From contig JAOPTW010000031.1 in assembly GCA_051532035.1 (NCBI GenBank), forward strand, positions 1 through 19,178: a stretch of DNA of 19,178 bases, in the 5' to 3' direction. Below are positions 9,411-15,723 of the stretch, piece by piece. Each line of letters begins with the position of its first letter. Position 1 is the stretch's first letter. This DNA comes from Fibrobacterales bacterium (GTDB taxonomy: Bacteria; Fibrobacterota; Fibrobacteria; Fibrobacterales; JAOPTW01). Both the position numbers and the translations under genes were made by a program. The notes under the pieces are model-generated. The model worked only from the letters and a program-made list of their open reading frames with translations, had not been told where the DNA came from and did no database searches.

Positions 9411-9602
9411 TTAAAAATATCCAATATATCTAAGGTATGCGGAAAATAATAAGAATCCTCCACCAATTATGCCTTTAATACCCCATAGGGTTTCAGTCGT
9501 AGTGTCTGGGTCAGATTCTGATTTATAAATTATATAAATGGAAAGTACAATGAAGGATAAACCCAATAGAACAATCAATAATGTTATAAATGCGCTAATC
9601 AT
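9411..9602 (-). CDS. Small two-TM membrane protein
   Basis: 63-aa ORF; AAGGA upstream; two hydrophobic segments. Confidence 0.7.
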   Translation of the reverse strand: MISAFITLLIVLLGLSFIVLSIYIIYKSESDPDTTTETLWGIKGIIGGGFLLFSAYLRYIGYF

Positions 9603-9625
9603 GCTTTGTGAAATTCCTTAAGTGT

Positions 9626-9910
9626 CTAAAAGAACGTTTTCTTAGTTGGCTTTAAATAGCTTCGCTTCAGTTTGTAAAAAGCAAAAATCCCTGTGCCCAT
9701 TGATATAGAAGTTATTACCCCTTTGATCTGTAGCTCTAAGATATTCGCTGTAAAATTGATTGTAATTGCCACAAGAAATAGCACAGTGAATACAACTATA
9801 AATGTGTCTCTTAAAGTACTGCTCTTATAAAACACAAAATATATTGTTAACATCCATGCAAAAGGAAATAAGAATGATAAAACGATATCAATAATCTGTG
9901 ATAATTCCAT
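9626..9910 (-). CDS. Small three-TM membrane protein
   Basis: 94-aa ORF; AGGA RBS; three hydrophobic segments and a basic tail. Confidence 0.78.
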   Translation of the reverse strand: MELSQIIDIVLSFLFPFAWMLTIYFVFYKSSTLRDTFIVVFTVLFLVAITINFTANILELQIKGVITSISMGTGIFAFYKLKRSYLKPTKKTFF

Positions 9911-9938
9911 TGTTTCCTATTTGATTGACTGGACAGCT

Positions 9939-9987
9939 AACTCTTACCATACAAAATACCAATTTCACCAACAGATCCAAGCCCCTA
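9939..9987. repeat. Truncated repeat copy R7 (left end only, with internal deletion)
   Basis: AAC-TCTTA|ccatacaaaataccaatttcaccaacagatccaagcccct; the ttatacagaaggtaagtttata segment is missing. Confidence 0.88.
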
Positions 9988-10179
9988 AGGTATTGGACAC
10001 TAAAGTGTAACCTATCAATACTTATGTGTATCCCACCGATTCATTAATGCTATCCATAAAAAAACTAAAAAATGAAGGGAATGATAACTTTCTCTCTATT
10101 CATGGTCACATAACCAGAGTGCGCAACGTCTAATCATTATTACAATTCAAATAACCTTTAGTACAAATGGATACTTCTC

Positions 10180-10602
10180 ATGGAACCTTATACTATACGA
10201 CCTACAATTGGAATTGACCACATATTTTTCGGCATTGAAAAACGGGAAATAAAAGATATGCTGGGCAACCCACCCTCACAAGACCACTCGGATGACCGCG
10301 CATCGTTCTACACTTGGAGCTACGATCAGGGCGGACTCGAATTTGAATTCTGGAAAGAGCGCACCTATAATCTCGCAGCTATAGATATTTTTGAGAGTGA
10401 CATAATACTCTTTGATCAATACATTCCCGCCAACGTACACATTACGCTCTTCAGAAATTTTCTCCATGACCATCTAGAGAGTAGTGATATTATAGAGGAA
10501 GAACTGGATGATATGTATGAAATCAAAATACATTCACTCGACATCTGGTTCTATTTTAGAAACTCCCTTTTAAAGCGTGTCCGACTGGTTGATTGGAGCT
10601 AA
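10180..10602 (+). CDS. Hypothetical acidic protein
   Basis: 140-aa ORF; GGA upstream; globular alpha/beta composition; N-terminal IRPTIGIDHIFFG. Confidence 0.8.
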   Translation: MEPYTIRPTIGIDHIFFGIEKREIKDMLGNPPSQDHSDDRASFYTWSYDQGGLEFEFWKERTYNLAAIDIFESDIILFDQYIPANVHITLFRNFLHDHLESSDIIEEELDDMYEIKIHSLDIWFYFRNSLLKRVRLVDWS

Positions 10603-11388
10603 ATGCATGCGCATTGCCCACTGAATATATAATACCCTATCGACCTAAAACACAGAACCTTGACAGCCCAAAGCCCCATAAAACCTATACACTCAATCAA
10701 ATCAATTAACCATTCGGCTGTATAGTCAATGAATACCCTTGTATAGGACTCAATGGCACCATATACTCTGCCCTTCTTCATAAATATTCTTATGAACGAC
10801 TCTGTACACTTGTTTTCTAATCGTGTAATCATCTTCGAGTGTATCCCACTCAATAATTAATGAAGCGATTCTAAAGTATTCACATTTGAGATCGCAGATG
10901 TATACTTAACAATTCAATAATTCCTTATTGTATTGATAAGCATAAGAACAGTATTCCCCCCCAGAGATACCATGGAAATACCGGAGCACTTTATGCAAAT
11001 ACATAGCTTAAGAAGTATCATACAGGGATACTTCAAATACGTAACGAGACTCATAGATAGACTACCAGAGGAGTGAATGGGAGTAACGAGATGGTAAATG
11101 TGGATTTCCATTACCTATCTCGGTAGGGATTTTTAAGGTATTTGTACTTATTTGGAGTGCATGGGTAGTAATCTATACTGTCCATGTACCTATCTATACC
11201 ACCAAGTGAGTAACAATAGTGAACCATGAGTTTCCTTTGCTTCTATGGGCTATAGAACATATATTATACAGGGTGATACACTGTAGAATAGTGCCGGCCA
11301 AGAGTACTCTTTTATGAGTACAAACCGACATTTACATCAGACAGATAGTGATAGTATCTGCACTGAGACAAAATAGAGGCGTGCAATT

Positions 11389-12177
11389 ATGAAAAAGAAA
11401 AAGACACCACAATCTCTGTACAATATAGATACGGCACTCATACCAGAGAGTCCGGAAGAGTGCTATACGTATATACACGATGAGATAGCAGCGACCTCTA
11501 TCACAGAATTCTACGCTCCACATATGGATATTTTGAACTTTCTCTTTGAAGCAGAAGACCTTGGGTATGTTGCAGCAAAATACCGAAAACGACTGCTGGC
11601 AGCCGGATGCCCCTTGACCCTTGCTCATACACTGACAATCAGAGCTCGTGCGGGCATCCATGCCGATGTACTCTATAATGGTGGTGTGCCTCTCGATGAC
11701 ACTCAGCCAAGTAACTGGACCGCACGTTCACCAGAAGCCTTCACCCTGCGTACTCAAATTGTACGCCTCCTTAAACTGGTTTATAAGAGTGATCCCGTTA
11801 AGAAACGAGAATTTCAGCAACTCAACACTTCACGGGCTATGGGGAGTGTACTCCAAGATATTACCACCCTCTGTAATATAGGGAGAAGCATTGACTCCCG
11901 ATCTACAAATGTCGTCCTCAATCCTGCACTTTTTGAAAAGGCAGAGGAGTTGGTTGAAGAGCTCTCAGCCCTTCAGGCAACAGTGCACTTTGCAACGATG
12001 CAGATGCGAGAGAAAAAAACAATGCGTGACCGGATTATCACCCTATTAAAAGAGCCGGTCTCTGAGATACGAGACTGGGCAGATGTCGCGTTTGGTAATG
12101 CTCCATCTATTCGGAAAAAGTTTAATAGCGCCTATGGCCGCAAGCACTATCTGAAGCGGAAGAAACAAGCCGGTTGA
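11389..12177 (+). CDS. Hypothetical all-helical protein with basic C-terminus
   Basis: 262-aa ORF; AGAGG RBS; visibly more GC-rich than the flanking cassettes. Confidence 0.85.
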   Translation: MKKKKTPQSLYNIDTALIPESPEECYTYIHDEIAATSITEFYAPHMDILNFLFEAEDLGYVAAKYRKRLLAAGCPLTLAHTLTIRARAGIHADVLYNGGVPLDDTQPSNWTARSPEAFTLRTQIVRLLKLVYKSDPVKKREFQQLNTSRAMGSVLQDITTLCNIGRSIDSRSTNVVLNPALFEKAEELVEELSALQATVHFATMQMREKKTMRDRIITLLKEPVSEIRDWADVAFGNAPSIRKKFNSAYGRKHYLKRKKQAG

Positions 12178-12295
12178 TTGCTGTAACGTGGATGTGAGGA
12201 TAGCCTACTCTAAATTCGGCTCAATTGAAGAGCGCAAGTTTTATTACTATGCCCTAAATTGTAAGAGACAGCGTACCTTCGCTAAAGGAAAATGT

Positions 12296-12595
12296 CTATT
12301 TCTTCTTGCATTTTATGAGCATTACAATTGCATCCACATGTTCTTTAGAGCCGTAGACATTTGTACCAGAGTAGTTCGTAACCCATTCCTTTGTTTGAGT
12401 ATTTGATTCGTGCTGAATTTTAAAAGATCTTCCCTTGCATAAGTACGGAATTTCTTCAAGGCATCTGTTTCTTTTGTCATTACCTGTACACATGATTTCA
12501 TATATATCATTAGATATAGGGTCAACATCAATATGTCCTCCGCGCCCCACGCATCCGAGGAAGATAAAGAGGAATGGTAAAATTCTTATGAGCAT
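12296..12595 (-). CDS. Small hypothetical lipoprotein, Cys-rich
   Basis: 99-aa ORF; lipobox FLGC; four further Cys; AGGA RBS. Confidence 0.78.
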   Translation of the reverse strand: MLIRILPFLFIFLGCVGRGGHIDVDPISNDIYEIMCTGNDKRNRCLEEIPYLCKGRSFKIQHESNTQTKEWVTNYSGTNVYGSKEHVDAIVMLIKCKKK

Positions 12596-12630
12596 ATGTT
12601 TCCTATAAGTATCAAGATTGAGTTGATCTC

Positions 12631-12863
12631 ACACAAAATACCAATTTCATCAATAGATCCCAACCCCTACATTCCAGTACCTACTATTATCCTAAAAAGA
12701 GCATGCAATCCCCTGCTAACACCATCAAAACTGTTATAGAGTATCCATAGAGCAAAGCACTCCTACCCCTCAAGTAACAAAAAATTGAAACCACATGGAC
12801 ATCGGAAAACCCACTGAATTCAGGTAGAGAGAAATGGGGGGATTGGAGGGACATATAGATGTT
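12631..12863. repeat. Long repeat copy R8 (left terminus lost; 3' module internally deleted)
   Basis: acaaaataccaatttcatcaatagatccc ... ccactgaattcaggtagagagaaatgggggattggagggacatatagatGTT. Confidence 0.92.
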
Positions 12864-13193
12864 ATACATTCTGTAATACGGATATTATGGGTCGTAACAA
12901 CAGAAAGCCTTTTCGCGCTCTAAACTTTTTTTAGCTTTTTTGCAATGAGCCTCATCATCATCTTTTTCTTTAAGTAATCTCCTTTGTGCGGCTTCCTCTT
13001 GAGCAATTAGTACTTGATTCGAGTCTTTTTTGAATTGGACAAGACGATATTTACTAATTGATATTTTGGCATCAATAGTAAATGAACATGTTAGACTTGT
13101 TGATATTTCAGATTGTCGTATTTGTTCGGATGTAGAACAACTCCAAAATAGTAGTGCGATAAGTAGGTAGAATAAATTGCGCATATGTATAAC
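12861..13193 (-). mobile_element. Gene-cassette body
   Basis: GTTATACAT (12861-12869) and ATGTATAAC (13185-13193): perfect 9-bp complement. Confidence 0.8.
12885..13184 (-). CDS. Hypothetical lipoprotein
   Basis: Start reassigned to ATG 13184 (MRNLFYLLIALLFWSC, lipobox); the track start at 13232 lies outside the cassette boundary. Confidence 0.72.
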   Translation of the reverse strand: MRNLFYLLIALLFWSCSTSEQIRQSEISTSLTCSFTIDAKISISKYRLVQFKKDSNQVLIAQEEAAQRRLLKEKDDDEAHCKKAKKSLEREKAFCCYDP

Positions 13194-13366
13194 GAGGCTG
13201 TAGAATAATCCAATATTTGAGTCGGGATTCATCTCAGACTAGTAAAAGTTCATAGTAAATACCAAGATGCAAAATATTATAGAAATCGTAATGCAATATA
13301 TTGATCTTTGGATCTCATCAAAAGCCTTCTTTACACGTGAAGGTCAGTTGAAAGGCTTCGGTCAAT
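13189..13366. repeat. Second repeat family, copy B1
   Basis: ataacgaggctgtagaataa (13189-13208) and cacgtgaaggtcagttgaaaggcttcggtcaat (13334-13366) recur at 14079-14147. Confidence 0.85.
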
Positions 13367-13374
13367 ATGTGAGA

Positions 13375-13737
13375 TTAAACAGCGACGTTTAAAATATCTT
13401 TCTTTTGTTTTATTTCGTGCTCAATTGCTTCTTGGATTAAGTGATTGAGTGACACCCCTTCAATAGTAGCAAGTTGGTGAGCTTGTTTGTGAAGTTCAGG
13501 GTTGATTCTAATATTGAAAGAACCTTTGTAGGATTTGTGTGGATCCTTCCCAACTTCCTTGCATAGCTTCGTGTAATCACCAACTGCGTCTTTAAACGAT
13601 TTCTTCAATTCCCGAACTGAAGTTGCTTCAAAAGTTACCAAATCATTTATGCCTTCAATTTTACCATAAAAAACTTCATCTTCAGTACTAAAATGAACTG
13701 AACCAATAAAGTCTTCATAACGTATTACATCTTTCAT
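13375..13737 (-). CDS. hicB: Type II TA antitoxin, HicB family
   Basis: YEDFIGSVHFSTEDEVFYGKIEGINDLVTFEA...AVGDY...KSYKGSFNIRINPELHKQA (HicB with RHH domain); coupled to hicA by TAATG overlap. Confidence 0.95.
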   Translation of the reverse strand: MKDVIRYEDFIGSVHFSTEDEVFYGKIEGINDLVTFEATSVRELKKSFKDAVGDYTKLCKEVGKDPHKSYKGSFNIRINPELHKQAHQLATIEGVSLNHLIQEAIEHEIKQKKDILNVAV

Positions 13738-13994
13738 TATAAATATCCTTGTGTTTTAAGTTCATCGTAAATTTGCCCTACAACATACTTTTTTAGTTCA
13801 TTGCCAGGGTGAGGCTTGTGTAATCTTATTAAGTGGTCACTTCTTTTGTTATAAAAGGCTACCCTTGACCCTGAAGTTTTTCCCTTGTTAAGTTCTTGAT
13901 ATCCAAGATTAATCAAAAGAGACTTTAAGTCAGTATACTTAAAAGTATTGGGACGATTGGAAAGCTTATCAAGTAATTTATCAAGTTTAGTCAT
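13737..13994 (-). CDS. hicA: Type II TA toxin, HicA family mRNA interferase
   Basis: GKTSGSRVAF...IRLHKPHPGNELKKY motif; upstream of hicB. Confidence 0.95.
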   Translation of the reverse strand: MTKLDKLLDKLSNRPNTFKYTDLKSLLINLGYQELNKGKTSGSRVAFYNKRSDHLIRLHKPHPGNELKKYVVGQIYDELKTQGYL

Positions 13995-14000
13995 GTCTTA

Positions 14001-14044
14001 AATATAAAACAAAACAATCAACGAAGCAACTAATTTATAGTTGC
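14001..14044 (-). promoter_or_regulatory. hicAB promoter with overlapping palindromic operator
   Basis: -35 TTGCTT (14029-14024), 17-nt spacer, -10 TATATT (14006-14001), 6 nt from the ATG; inverted repeat GCAACTA-N5-TAGTTGC (14026-14044) overlaps the -35. Confidence 0.65.
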
Positions 14045-14078
14045 AAGCAAAACACTGTTTATTCTCTAAAATAGCCAG

Positions 14079-14147
14079 ATAACGAGGCTGTAGAATAACC
14101 TAAAAACCACTTTGCACGTAAAGGTCAGTTGAAAGCCTTCGGTCAAT
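14079..14147. repeat. Second repeat family, copy B2
   Basis: ataacgaggctgtagaataa plus cacgtaaaggtcagttgaaagccttcggtcaat (31/33 identical to B1). Confidence 0.85.
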
Positions 14148-14232
14148 CCTTGTAGGTATTGCGAATAATACTCCCGTGGGTCGTATAATTTGGTGCAGAG
14201 CCATTTGAGAATAAGTTACCGATACAGGGAGC

Positions 14233-14263
14233 AATGGGGTGATTGGGGGGACGTATAGATGTT
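14233..14263. repeat. Right-end fragment of the long repeat
   Basis: aatggggtgattggggggacgtatagatGTT; same deletion junction as R8. Confidence 0.85.
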
Positions 14264-14725
14264 ATAATTTTTTGCTTATCTCAGCACGATGTATCAGAGG
14301 ACAATAATCTATTTGTCATATCTTTTCGGCACTTGTGGGTCGTATAATGGGCAGTCAAAGGTGATCATTACTTCAATAATTCTATTCATGTCACTACCAT
14401 TCATTCCATAGCAATCAAACCTTAAAAATTGCCTTGTGGTCGATATTTGAAATGCACCATCACTAGCCTGGTTTTCAAAGTCAACGCCACTATCGTCAAT
14501 TATCCAGTCTTTAAACTCTTCTTTTGTTTTCAAAATAATTGCACCTATTGGCAGCTCTTCTAATCCATCAACAATTAATTCCTCCGAACACTTTTCGTAA
14601 ACATCCTGATTATCCAGATAGACTTCTTTTTTGTATTTCCAAAAATTTAAATCGTAGCTCATTATTTCTCTTTAGTTTAAGTGGCGCACTCTGGCAATAG
14701 TTGCGAGGTTTACAAAAATTATAAT
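14261..14725 (-). mobile_element. Gene-cassette body
   Basis: GTTATAATTTTT (14261-14272) and AAAAATTATAAT (14714-14725): 11/12, with terminal AAC changed to AAT. Confidence 0.75.
14309..14662 (-). CDS. Hypothetical acidic protein (MSYDL..W / LYDPQ type; possibly immunity-like)
   Basis: 117-aa ORF filling the cassette; AGAGA upstream. Confidence 0.82.
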   Translation of the reverse strand: MSYDLNFWKYKKEVYLDNQDVYEKCSEELIVDGLEELPIGAIILKTKEEFKDWIIDDSGVDFENQASDGAFQISTTRQFLRFDCYGMNGSDMNRIIEVMITFDCPLYDPQVPKRYDK

Positions 14726-14955
14726 TCTCATCATAAAGAAGGTAGTTTATACCATACAAAATACCAATTTCACCAACAGATTCCAGTACCTACTATTACC
14801 CTAAAAAGAGCATGTAATCCCCTGCTAACGCCATCAAAATTGTTATAGAGTATCCCCAGAACAAAGTACTCCCCCTCTAGTAACAAGAACTCAAAAAACA
14901 CCGAAGCCGGGAGAATCCCTGAATTCAGATATAGAGGAATAAGGTATTGGGTTAG
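14723..14955. repeat. Long repeat copy R9 (right part truncated)
   Basis: AAT-TCTCA-TCATAAAGAAG...ccatacaaaataccaatttc...ccctgaattcagatatagagg; shares the ccatcaaaa-tgttatagagtatcc module with R8. Confidence 0.9.
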
Positions 14956-15093
14956 TAAATTACCCCACTGCATATTCACAAATTAGGTGATAATCAAGCA
15001 ATACTAACCATCTCTCTACAACACCTATGACAAATTTTGACACCATTACCGATCTATATTTAAACCACAGTACTAAAACAGGTTATTTTCGAC

Positions 15094-15339
15094 ATGAGTG
15101 AACAATTAGCTATATTTAATGAGAGAGCATTATCAGGGTTCGACATGGACTTCCAGAAGCATATCAAAAACATGAGTACCAGTGAGCGACTTAACGCTAT
15201 GGAACTTCTCTGGAATTCTTTGCATAGTGAATCTGAAGAAATTGCATCACCAGACTGGCACCAAGAGATTTTAGAAGCTCGCAGCCAAAACCCCCAAAAA
15301 ATGTATACGCTCGATCAAGTCAAAGACCAGCTAAAATAA
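15094..15339 (+). CDS. Addiction-module antitoxin (TIGR02574-like); true start may be 15145
   Basis: MSTSERLNAMELLWNSL...SPDWHQEILEAR motif; coupled to the downstream toxin by TAATG overlap. Confidence 0.88.
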   Translation: MSEQLAIFNERALSGFDMDFQKHIKNMSTSERLNAMELLWNSLHSESEEIASPDWHQEILEARSQNPQKMYTLDQVKDQLK

Positions 15340-15638
15340 TGCAGATATCTCACATTGTATTTACAGAAGCAGCGTTTAAAGACCTGCGTAGTTCTCAGAA
15401 TTTTTATACAACAATTGCAACCGAGCTTGGAGACTATTTTAAACAATGCTTGCTCAATGACATAGAGGCACTTCAGTTTTTTGCCGGCATACATTCGAAA
15501 CACTTCGACTATTTTCGCCTACTAGCCAAAAGATTTCCCTATGCAATATATTATACCCTAGAAGAATCTACTGTGACAATCGTAGCGATTTTGGATATGA
15601 GAAAAAATCCCATTACAATCAAGCATAGACTTAAGTAA
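15339..15638 (+). CDS. Type II TA toxin, RelE/ParE family
   Basis: IVFTEAAFKDL...FY...LGDYF...KRFPYAIYY...TIVAILDMRKNP pattern. Confidence 0.9.
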   Translation: MQISHIVFTEAAFKDLRSSQNFYTTIATELGDYFKQCLLNDIEALQFFAGIHSKHFDYFRLLAKRFPYAIYYTLEESTVTIVAILDMRKNPITIKHRLK

Positions 15639-15675
15639 TAGGAGTGGGTAATTAAATAGTATATTTAATGTCGAT

Positions 15676-15714
15676 AGAACCACTGAATTCAGGTAGAGAG
15701 AAATAGGGGGATTG
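15676..15714. repeat. Short remnant R10 of the long repeat
   Basis: agaaccactgaattcaggtagagagaaatagggggattg. Confidence 0.85.
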
Positions 15715-15723
15715 TTCTGCCGA

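Larger units (their letters stand above)
9380..9941 (-). mobile_element. Two-gene cassette body
   Basis: GGTAGCTGT (9380-9388) and ACAGCTAAC (9933-9941): 8/9 complementary. Confidence 0.72.

Noticed and set aside
10599..11111. Minus-strand ORFs 10599-10853 and 10914-11111
   Set aside because: Weak starts and no protein-like features; they lie in the degenerate periodic tract.
12178..12189. TTGCTGTAACGT shared with about 2713-2724
   Set aside because: A single 12-bp match with no extension; may be chance.
14159..14189. Plus-strand promoter TTGCGA-N19-TATAAT
   Set aside because: Spacer is too long and there is no sense gene downstream.
2297..15714. CRISPR array
   Set aside because: Repeats are hundreds of bp and modular, spacers are whole genes, and no cas genes are present.
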